From: an uncultured bacterium
GTDB lineage: Bacteria; Desulfobacterota_D; UBA1144; Nemesobacterales; UBA2774
Reading direction: 5' to 3'
Length of the DNA: 64,000 nucleotides
Assembly (NCBI GenBank): GCA_963705505.1
Contig: CAVPJU010000010.1
Coordinates: 640,001-704,000, forward strand
This document shows positions 8,104 to 22,071 of the stretch, one piece after another. Position numbers and translations under genes: made by a program. The notes beneath the pieces were generated by a model. The model ran no database searches. It saw nothing but the letters and a program-made list of their open reading frames with translations, and was not told the origin of the DNA. Positions within the stretch are counted from its first letter, which is position 1, and every line of letters begins with the position of its first letter.

Positions 8104-10820
8104 ATGGAGAATAACGAGAGGAAGCGGCTTAACGATTCGAGAGAAAAGATAATCCCATGGAAGAAGTGGGGGCCTTATCTGAGCGAGAGGCAGTGGGGGA
8201 CAGTGAGGGAGGACTATAGCGAACACGGCACCGCGTGGGATTACTTCCCGCACGACCATGCGCGGTCTCGCGCATACAGGTGGGGCGAGGACGGACTCGC
8301 GGGTTTCTCAGACGACAAGCAGACGCTTTGCTTCGCGCTCGCCTTATGGAACGGCAAGGACCCTATTATAAAGGAGCGGCTCTTCGGCCTCACGAACAGC
8401 GAAGGGAACCACGGCGAGGACGTGAAGGAATATTATTTCTATCTCGACAGCACGCCCACGCACTCGTACATGAAGTACCTCTATAAATACCCGCAGTCCG
8501 CATATCCCTACAGGGAACTGGTGCAGAAAAACAGGGCGGCGACCAGACATGATCTCGAATACGAGCTTATGAACACAGGCGTGTTCGATGACGACAGGTA
8601 TTTCGACGTGTTCGTCGAATACGCTAAGGAATCCCCGGAAGATATGCTGATAAGCATTAACGTCTTCAACCGTGGGAAAGAGACCGCCGAGCTTCATGTC
8701 CTTCCCACGCTCTGGTTCAGGAATACGTGGTCGTGGTCGGAACCGACGCCAAAGCCCGTAATCAGGCAGATAAAAACCGGAAAAGAATTCGCCGCGGCCG
8801 AATCGTCCCACGAGACTCTGGGGCAAAGATATCTCTACTGCGAGGGCAATGTCCCGAACTTCTCTTTACCGAGAACGAAACCAACACCGAGCGTTTGTTC
8901 GCGACTCCTAACGGGAGTCCTTATGTGAAGGACGGCATCAATGATTACATAGTTAAAGGAAGAAAAGAAGCAGTTAATCCCGATAAGACGGGAACAAAAG
9001 TCTCCGCCCATTACTCACTCTCGATCGGCGGCGGAGAAGCAAAGACAGTGCGGCTCCTTCTCACAGACAAGTCGCCGGAATCTCAAGATAAGAATCCGTT
9101 CAGCGGCTTCGATAAGACCGTGAAAACGCGCAAAAAGGAGGCGGACGAGTTTTATGATTCGATCACACCGCCGTCGGTGGACGGGGATTCGAGGAACGTA
9201 ATGCGTCAGGCGCTCGCGGGGATGCTATGGTCAAAGCAGTACTACTATTTCGATCTCGACACGTGGCTCCGGGAGCACGGCGCGGATATTCTGACCATCC
9301 GCCCGAAGCAGAACGTTAGGAACAGGGAATGGTTCCACATGATTAACGACGACGTGATCTCCATGCCCGACAAATGGGAATACCCGTGGTACGCCGCGTG
9401 GGACCTCGCCTTTCATACTATCGCGCTCGACATGGTCGACCCCGATTTTTCGAAAGACCAGCTCGAGCTCATGCTGCGCGAGGTCTATCTCCACCCGAAC
9501 GGGCAAATCCCCGCCTACGAATGGAACTTCAGCGACGTGAACCCCCCCGTGCATGCCTTCGCATGCCTATTCCTCTACCAGACACAGAAAGTGGTTTACG
9601 GCAAGGGCGACATCGAATTCCTGAAACAGGTATTCGACAAGCTCGTGCTCAACTTCACATGGTGGGTAAACCGGAAGGACCGGCACGGGCGAAACATATT
9701 CGAGGGCGGCTTTCTGGGTTTGGATAACATAGGGGTATTCGACCGCAGCTCGCCCCTCCCTACAGGGGGTTTCCTCGAGCAGGCCGACGGAACGGCCTGG
9801 ATGGCCATGTTCTGCCAGAACATGCTGGAGATCGCGTTTGAGCTTGCGAAATTCGATCCGACGTATGAGGATATGGCTTTGAAATTCGCCGAGCATTTCC
9901 TCTGGATCGCCTCGGCGATGGACCGCGTAGGCGATCACTACGATGAGATGTGGGACGATGAGGACGGGTTCTTCTACGACCTCCTCAGAGAACCCGACGG
10001 GAGCGCCCAGCGACTGAAAGTACGGTCTCTCGTGGGATTACTCCCGCTCTGCGCCTCGACGGTTTACGATTATGAGACGGTGCAGAGATTCCCGAAATTC
10101 AGGGAGCGCCTGAACAAACGCCTGAGCAGGATGCCCGACCTTCTGGCAACCATACATCCGCCGGCACAGCTTGGTTACGCAAACAGGTACCTGCTTTCCA
10201 TACTCAATGAGGACAAGCTGAGGCGCGTGCTTTCGAGGATGCTCGATGAAAACGAGTTCCTGAGCCGCTACGGGATACGCTCGATCTCCCGTTATCACAT
10301 GGAACATCCTTATGTATTCGACGTGCACGGCGAGCAGTATAAAGTTGAGTACATGCCCGCCGAATCCAGCTCCGGGCTCTTCGGGGGGAATTCCAACTGG
10401 CGGGGCCCGATATGGTTCCCGATAAATATCCTGATAATAAGGGCGCTCATCCACCTCTACAAATATTACGGGGACGAATTCAAGGTAGAATGCCCCACCG
10501 GATCGGGGAAGTATATGACGCTCTACGACGTGGCGGAGGAAATATCCCGGCGCCTCGAGAGCATCTTCCGAAAGGACGAAAAGGAAAGAAGGCCTGTTTA
10601 CGGAGCATCCGAGAAATTTCAGAAAGACCCGCTCTTCAAAGACCACATTTTATTTTACGAGTATTTTCACGGGGACAACGGCGCGGGAATAGGGGCGAGC
10701 CACCAGACGGGCTGGACGGGCCTCGTAGCCAAGCTCATTCAGATATACGGACACATTACGAGCGAGATCATTCTCGAAGTCCCGCGCGGCGGCGCACAGG
10801 TGTATAAGAAGGAGAAATGA
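8104..10820 (+). CDS. GH63/MGH1-like glycoside hydrolase (glucosidase); one missing base near 8856
   Basis: [56 protein letters not shown]. The two track ORFs join as [15 protein letters not shown]. Confidence 0.88.
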
Positions 10821-10927
10821 GTTTTTCTCCGGAACATAAACAATTAGGACTCTGTTTTGAACATACTATCTTTGAAATCAGGGCGATGGGAGTTTGGATT
10901 TTGAATACGCAAAACTGAAGAATATAG

Positions 10928-11665
10928 ATGGCAAAAGAAAAACACATCCACATCGGGACATCAGGCTGGCATTACGAGCATTGGGAAGGCCCTTTTTATC
11001 CCGGCCACATTTCGAGTGATAAGTATCTCGAATATTACTCGAAGTTCTTTCATACGGTAGAAATAAACAGTTCTTTTTACAAACTGCCCGATAAAGAAAC
11101 TATACTGGAATGGCGGGAGACAGTACCCGAAAAATTTATATTCTCAATGAAAGCCAGCCGCTATATTACGCATATGAAAAAATTAAGAGACCCGGGTCCG
11201 GCTGTATCCAACCTTATTACTACGATTTCATTATTCAAAGATAAACTCGGGCCGATTCTATTCCAATTGCCGCCCAATTGGCATGTTAACCCGGAGAGAC
11301 TTGACTCATTTATCAAATCACTGCCCCAGGATTACAGATATGCGTTTGAATTCCGGGATACAAGCTGGTTTGATGACCGTATTTATGACATTCTCGAAAA
11401 GTACAATACTGCTTTTTGCATTTACGAAATAGGCGGGTTGCTCTCCCCGAGAATCGTAACAGCAGGCATAGTCTACATCCGGCTCCACGGGCCCGACGGG
11501 CCTTACAGAGGGCAGTATTCGACATCCGTCCTCGCAGAATGGGCCAGCACATTTTCAAAATGGCTGAAAGGCGGAAAGGAGATTTTCTGTTATTTCGACA
11601 ACGACGAGGCCGGTTATGCCCCTCAGGATGCGATGAGGCTACAGGATATGGTCAGGCAAAAATGA
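10928..11665 (+). CDS. DUF72 family protein
   Basis: IGTSGW, VEINSSFY, LFQLPP, FEFR, YIRLHG, YFDND. Confidence 0.92.
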   Translation: MAKEKHIHIGTSGWHYEHWEGPFYPGHISSDKYLEYYSKFFHTVEINSSFYKLPDKETILEWRETVPEKFIFSMKASRYITHMKKLRDPGPAVSNLITTISLFKDKLGPILFQLPPNWHVNPERLDSFIKSLPQDYRYAFEFRDTSWFDDRIYDILEKYNTAFCIYEIGGLLSPRIVTAGIVYIRLHGPDGPYRGQYSTSVLAEWASTFSKWLKGGKEIFCYFDNDEAGYAPQDAMRLQDMVRQK

Positions 11666-11682
11666 TGAATCCTTAGGCGATA

Positions 11683-11898
11683 TCAATTAGAAGAAACATT
11701 AGTATTAGTTGAACCTTTAGTATCCGGCCTGACTTTCGGGCATGAAGTAATATTGGCGCTCTCATCCGTATATTTTGTTTGTGTGCAATCTACTCTTCTA
11801 CTGTAACGCAATTGATATTCCATAGCCCTATCCTGCTTGGATATCCCGAAACAGCTTAAACAGATAAAAGCCAATCCCAAAATAATTATCCATTTCAT
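11683..11898 (-). CDS. Small putative lipoprotein
   Basis: MKWIIILGLAFICLS-C lipobox-like N-terminus, GAAGGT SD before ATG 11898, further Cys pair. Confidence 0.55.
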   Translation of the reverse strand: MKWIIILGLAFICLSCFGISKQDRAMEYQLRYSRRVDCTQTKYTDESANITSCPKVRPDTKGSTNTNVSSN

Positions 11899-12007
11899 AT
11901 AATTACCTTCAGACATCGCTTTTTTTAACAGTCCGACAGAATAGATTCACGAGGTGTCAATATATTACATGTGGAAACTGAAATTGGCAGTATCTACCTG
12001 AAAAAAT

Positions 12008-12083
12008 TGGCTCCGGCGGAGAGATTCGAACTCCCGACATGGTGATTAACAGTCACCCGCTCTGCCAGCTGAGCTACGCCGGA
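12008..12083 (-). tRNA. tRNA-Asn (GTT)
   Basis: Cloverleaf TCCGGCG...CTGTTAA...GTTCGAATC...CGCCGGAG-CCA with encoded CCA. Confidence 0.96.
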
Positions 12084-12116
12084 ACCGATTTATAAAGCTC
12101 AGAACTAAAGCAGAAT

Positions 12117-12145
12117 AATCTATACATTAGAACTATACGAGTCAA
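12117..12145 (-). promoter_or_regulatory. Sigma70-type promoter of tRNA-Asn
   Basis: TTGACT-N17-TAGATT on the minus strand. Confidence 0.55.
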
Positions 12146-12210
12146 GAGATTTTCTGCAATTTCATATGTTTAACAATCACGGCACGTTAGGCCGTCAAAG
12201 AAATTGCCGG

Positions 12211-12241
12211 TTGATTAGCACCCCCTGAAAACGTATACTAC
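12211..12241 (+). promoter_or_regulatory. Sigma70-type promoter of rpoH overlapped by a degenerate CIRCE-like element
   Basis: TTGATT-N17-TATACT, with TTAGCACCC-N9-GTATACTAC overlapping it (8/9 and 5/9 matches to the CIRCE arms). Confidence 0.55.
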
Positions 12242-12272
12242 ATATTACTTCTCGAGTAATAAACTAGGCCAA

Positions 12273-13169
12273 ATGTCTCTAGACCCGCAGAAAAAAAAAG
12301 AAAAGAAACACCAGAGTACTCTTCTTCCGGCACATACTACGTCCCTTCACAGATACCTTGCCGAATTAAGCAACTACCCCGTGCTGAGCCGGGAGGAAGA
12401 ATATAAACTCGCCATGAAGTATAAAGATGACGGCGATCTCGAGGCCGCGAGGAAGCTCGTCACATCCAATCTGAAATTCGTCGTAAGGGTCGCAAACGAA
12501 TATAAAAACTACGGCTTCAACACGATGGACCTCATTCAGGAAGGGAACGTCGGGTTGATGCACGCAGTCAAGGGATTCGACCCGACCAAAGGTTACCGTC
12601 TGATCTCCTACGCCGTCTGGTGGATACGGGCTTATATTCAGAACTACATAATCAAGAGCTGGAGCCTGGTCAAGGTAGGTACGACACAGGCCCAGAGGAA
12701 GCTCTTTTACAAACTCCGCTCCACAAAGAAAGAACTGGAAATGGGCGGGGACAACTTAAGCTCCGAAGATTACAGAGAGCTCGCGAAAAAGCTCGAGGTG
12801 CCCGACGAAGCCGTGATCGAGATGGAGCAGAGGATGGGCAGTAAGGATTTGTCACTCGACGCCGAATTGACGACCGAGAGGGACGCCTCTCATATGGACT
12901 TCCTTACGGGAGGAGAGGATACCCAGGAAGAGCTCCTGACAAAGGTGGAGGAAGAAGAGAGGGTGAGGAAAGGAATGGCGGTCGCGCTCAAAACCTTAAA
13001 GGACAGGGAGCGTTATATTATCGAGAAGCGGGTCCTGGCCGATAAACCCCTGACACTCGAAGAGCTCGGCACCAAATTCAAAATTTCAAGAGAGAGAGTA
13101 AGGCAGATCGAAAGCGCCGCTCTTAAAAAGATCAAAAGCGTACTCGAAGAAAAGGGAATAAGTAAGTAG
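12273..13169 (+). CDS. rpoH: RNA polymerase heat-shock sigma factor sigma-32
   Basis: DLIQEGNVGLM, YAVWWIRA, RpoH box QAQRKLFYKLR, SRERVRQIE. Confidence 0.88.
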   Translation: MSLDPQKKKEKKHQSTLLPAHTTSLHRYLAELSNYPVLSREEEYKLAMKYKDDGDLEAARKLVTSNLKFVVRVANEYKNYGFNTMDLIQEGNVGLMHAVKGFDPTKGYRLISYAVWWIRAYIQNYIIKSWSLVKVGTTQAQRKLFYKLRSTKKELEMGGDNLSSEDYRELAKKLEVPDEAVIEMEQRMGSKDLSLDAELTTERDASHMDFLTGGEDTQEELLTKVEEEERVRKGMAVALKTLKDRERYIIEKRVLADKPLTLEELGTKFKISRERVRQIESAALKKIKSVLEEKGISK

Positions 13170-13182
13170 TCAGTTAAGCAAA

Positions 13183-15831
<2,649 letters not shown>

Positions 15832-15846
15832 TTATTTGAATTGATA

Positions 15847-16908
15847 TTATAAAACCGCCTGCGCATTGCTCTTCGTATTTTTAATTTTCCTGGCCGGATA
15901 TTTCGCGGCCAGCTGACCGCACGCGCCCAGTATATCGCGTCCGCGGCTCTTTCTTATCCTGACGTTGACGCCGAACGACATAAGAATTTCCTGAAAACTC
16001 AATACCCTCTCACGGCTCGGAGAGCGGTAAGGGAGGGGATCGGCTTCATTGAACGGTATGAGGTTCACTTTGCAATTAATGCCGCCGAGGAGGTGTCCGA
16101 GGTCGTAAGCGTCCCTGTCGGAGTCATTGACCCCGCTCAAAAGGACGTATTCGAACATGAGCGCCTTTCTCGGGGGCACCGGGAATCTCACGCTCGCCTT
16201 TATTAGCTCCTTTATAGGATACTTCCTGTTTATGGGCATTATCTCGTCCCTCAGTTCGTCCCGCGGGGCGTTAAGGGATACTGCGAGGTTGACGGAAATC
16301 TGCTCGCCCAGCTCCTTTATCCTGGGAACGAGACCCGAAGTCGAGACCGTTATCCGCTTCGGAGAAAGGGCCAGGAAATTCTCGTCCGTCATCGTTTTAA
16401 GCGCCCTTACGAGGTTGTCCAGGTTGTCGAGCGGCTCGCCCATTCCCATAAATACGATATTGGTAACCGAGCCCCCGCTGTAGCGGTTCGCGAGCAGGTA
16501 CTGGTCGAGTATTTCGGAAGGGGTCAGGTTTCTTATTCTGCCGACAGTTCCTGTAAGGCAGAAAGTGCATCCGAGGGCGCACCCCACCTGTGAAGATACG
16601 CAGAGCGTATGTCTCCCCTTATCGGGTATCAGAACGCTTTCTATCTGGTTCCCGTCTCGGAGTCTGAAGAGGTACTTCCTCGTACCGTCTTTTGAAATTT
16701 GCTCATCCGCAAGCTCTATCGAATCACCGGCGGAAAAAGAGCTTTTCAGAAACTCTCTCATCTCCTTGGACAAATCGGTCATTTCATCGAACGTCAACGC
16801 CCCCTTCCTGTAAACCCATTTGCCTATCTGACGGGCGCGGAAAGGCTCCAGGCCGTTATCGGTAACGAATTTTTCCAATTCCCCGGGACTCAAATCCTTT
16901 ATGTTCAT
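15847..16908 (-). CDS. rlmN: 23S rRNA/tRNA m2A radical-SAM methyltransferase
   Basis: CVSSQVGCALGCTFC, FMGMGEPL, GACGQL. Confidence 0.95.
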   Translation of the reverse strand: MNIKDLSPGELEKFVTDNGLEPFRARQIGKWVYRKGALTFDEMTDLSKEMREFLKSSFSAGDSIELADEQISKDGTRKYLFRLRDGNQIESVLIPDKGRHTLCVSSQVGCALGCTFCLTGTVGRIRNLTPSEILDQYLLANRYSGGSVTNIVFMGMGEPLDNLDNLVRALKTMTDENFLALSPKRITVSTSGLVPRIKELGEQISVNLAVSLNAPRDELRDEIMPINRKYPIKELIKASVRFPVPPRKALMFEYVLLSGVNDSDRDAYDLGHLLGGINCKVNLIPFNEADPLPYRSPSRERVLSFQEILMSFGVNVRIRKSRGRDILGACGQLAAKYPARKIKNTKSNAQAVL

Positions 16909-17062
16909 ATTTTCCTGATTTTGTTAAACCGGTGTCTTTATTATCCAATTAAGGATACAGGGGGGCGGATATTTATACAATAGGCAGGGTATCTCCCAGG
17001 GAGCTCGTAATAATCTAAATTTATTAAACGGACACATCGGAAGAAATTATATAAAAAATAAT

Positions 17063-18055
17063 CTATGCGGTGCTTTTTTCCTGCTGCAGCTGCTGAAGTA
17101 AATCGGAGAATCTCTTAAGCTCCTTCCGGAGCTCGACTATTTCTTTCTGAAGCACAGCCTGACGTTTTTCATCGGACCTATAGTATGACGTCTTCCGTAA
17201 AGCGAGCCTGCTCACGAGCGCAAGGTACTTATCCTTATTAAGGTACTCGGGAAACCAGCTCCCCCTTCTCATGGCCCTGTAGGACATCAATATTTTTCTA
17301 TGGTCGGCCGGCAGGACACCCAGGTCGAACTCCTCGACAAGCACCACCTCCCTCTGCTTCCGCTCCCCCATTATACCCCTCACATAGATTACGAATATAA
17401 AAATGATGTAAATAATGAGGATGAGAACGGCTATCCCCCAGTAAGCCTCGCTCCTCGAGGTAACGAGGAAATTCCACGTAGCGTGGAGGAAAACGGCGAG
17501 CAGGTAAAACCCGCCGACGGACATCCAGGGGTTCTTCCCACCGTCCTTCAATTTGCTTATACCCGCTCCGAAAGTGGCGCTCGCGGCGCAGTGCATGTTC
17601 GCCGTCATCATGCTCCTGATAAATAACAGGTTCAACCATTCGAATCCCGGTGCAGAGCCCGCAAATTGCGTGAAGTACATGAAATTCTCGGTCATTCCGA
17701 ACCCGAGGCCCGAAGCCGCGCCGTAAACAAGGCCGTCCGTCACATTATCGAACTGCCTCATCCTGAGGAGGAAGATAACAACGAGCCCCTTCATGAATTC
17801 CTCTATGAAAGGAGCCAGAACCACCGCCGGAAAGTCGAACTCCGTGGTATTAACGATGCCGCCCAGCATTCTTATTCCGGCGTCCGTTCCGAGTATCGAC
17901 AGGGCTATAGCCCCGAAGCCGCCCCAAAGGAACGCTCCGAACACATACTTCAGCGGTTCCCTGTCATATCGGTCGACCCACCAGATGAAAATGAGCATCG
18001 CCACCATAGGGGTGACAGCCACTATCAATGAGACGAAAATTATTACGTGATTCAT
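17063..18055 (-). CDS. PrsW-family intramembrane metalloprotease
   Basis: DRYDREP, APFIEEFMK, GLGFGMTEN, H...HATWN; multiple TM helices. Confidence 0.9.
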   Translation of the reverse strand: MNHVIIFVSLIVAVTPMVAMLIFIWWVDRYDREPLKYVFGAFLWGGFGAIALSILGTDAGIRMLGGIVNTTEFDFPAVVLAPFIEEFMKGLVVIFLLRMRQFDNVTDGLVYGAASGLGFGMTENFMYFTQFAGSAPGFEWLNLLFIRSMMTANMHCAASATFGAGISKLKDGGKNPWMSVGGFYLLAVFLHATWNFLVTSRSEAYWGIAVLILIIYIIFIFVIYVRGIMGERKQREVVLVEEFDLGVLPADHRKILMSYRAMRRGSWFPEYLNKDKYLALVSRLALRKTSYYRSDEKRQAVLQKEIVELRKELKRFSDLLQQLQQEKSTA

Positions 18056-18309
18056 AAATTTACAATCATATTAGTATCCAATGATGATTATTTCAAGGAG
18101 CGCCGCCGCGCCGGATCATAGGGCTGCCGCCGGGATAATCGGAATAATTTAACGAAACCGGACACATGCACATGCACGATATTGACAACGCCGAGAACGG
18201 CATCAAATTAAATAACTCCATATAAGAAATAAGGAGTGTTATTTCGAGCTCCGTTCAGTGATTAGGTCCCGATAAACTGGTATATTAAACAAGAGAGTGA
18301 CCGAGCTAA

Positions 18310-20507
<2,198 letters not shown>

Positions 20508-20521
<14 letters not shown>

Positions 20522-21929
20522 AGAAGAGTGCGGCGTATTCGGCATTTACGGTAATGTCGAGGCTTCGAACCTCACATACCTGGGCCTTCACGCGCTCCAG
20601 CACAGGGGACAGGAAAGCGCCGGTATAGTAACTTCCGACGGAGTCAACCTCCATAACCACCGGGCGATGGGCCTCGTCTCCGACATATTCACCGAAGAAA
20701 TCCTATCGCACCTCACGGGACAGAACGCAATAGGGCACGTACGCTACTCGACCACGGGCTCGAGTCAGGCAAAAAATATGCAGCCCATCGTCATCAATTA
20801 TTTCCGCGGGGCGCTTGCCATAGCGCACAACGGGAACCTGACGAACGCGAGGACGTTACGTGAAGAGCTCGAAGCGGAAGGCGCGATATTCCAGTCCACC
20901 ACAGACACGGAAGTCATAGTACACCTCATCGCGAAGTCGAAAGAGGAAACGCTCCTGCACAGGATAATAGAAGCCCTCATCAGGTGTAAGGGGGCATATT
21001 CGCTCCTCTTCCTCACACCCGAAGCGATGATCGCGGCAAGGGACCCGTACGGCTTCAGGCCGCTCGTCATGGGCAAGCTCGGCGACTCGGTAGTCTTCGC
21101 GTCTGAAACATGTGCGTTCGACCTCATAGAAGCCGAATTCGTAAGAGAGATAGAGCCCGGCGAAATAGTCGTGGTCAATGATAAGGGCGTCGAGTCGTTC
21201 AAGCCCTTCGGGGATTCCAAACATGCTTACTGCGTATTCGAATACATTTATTTTGCGAGGCCCGACAGTTTCCTCACGGGACGTAACGTGTACCAGGTGA
21301 GAAGAGCGCTCGGGAAACAGCTCGCGATAGAGCAGCCCGCCGACGCGGATATAATCGTCGCGGTGCCGGACTCCGGAGTACCCGCAGCCATGGGGTTCTC
21401 CGAGGAATCGGGGCTTCCGCTGGAGCTGGGGCTCCTCAGGAGCCACTACGTCGGGAGGACGTTCATAGAGCCCCAGCAGTCGATAAGGAACTTCGGCGTG
21501 AGGCTGAAATTGAACGCGATTAAGGAAGTGCTCGACGGGAAGAGGGTCGTGATCGTGGACGACTCGATAGTCAGAGGGACGACGTCGACGAAAGATTGTG
21601 AAGATGATACGCGCGGCGGGCGCGAAGGAAGTGCACATGAGGATAAGCTCGCCCCCGACTAAGTTCTCATGCTATTACGGGATAGATACACCGGTCAAGG
21701 AAGAGATTGATCGCCAATTCCCTCGAGATAGACGAGATAAGGAAGTACATCACGTCCGATTCTCTTGGATATTTCACGCATGGAAGGCGTAATGAAAGCG
21801 GTAGATGATACGAAGAAGTTAAACGGCACGGAAACATTCTGCAACGCCTGCTTCAGCGGCAAATACCCGGTCGAACTTACAGACCTCAAGAAAACCAAAC
21901 AGAAACAGCTTGGGCTTTTTGGGGGATAA
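20508..21929 (+). CDS. purF: Amidophosphoribosyltransferase (three +1 indels near 21588, 21706, 21777)
   Basis: EECGVFG propeptide/Cys1, [16 protein letters not shown]. The C-terminus continues across frames (CYYGID...LIAN...EGVMKAV...[11 protein letters not shown]) to TAA at 21927-21929. Confidence 0.95.
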
Positions 21930-22071
21930 CACCCAAAACAAATCCCATTTAATTTCACGAACACACCTTACGTCCTTTATCTCCGCAAATATAATTTTTT
22001 AGATACAGTTTTAAAGGAATGACCCGGGCGGGTAGCGAAAATACCTAAGACAGATTTAAGGAACTTATAAC

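Noticed and set aside
18205..18250. Purine-type riboswitch before purL
   Set aside because: Only a single bulged hairpin (AAATAACTCC/GGAGTGTTATTT) is present; the three-way junction and conserved core are missing.
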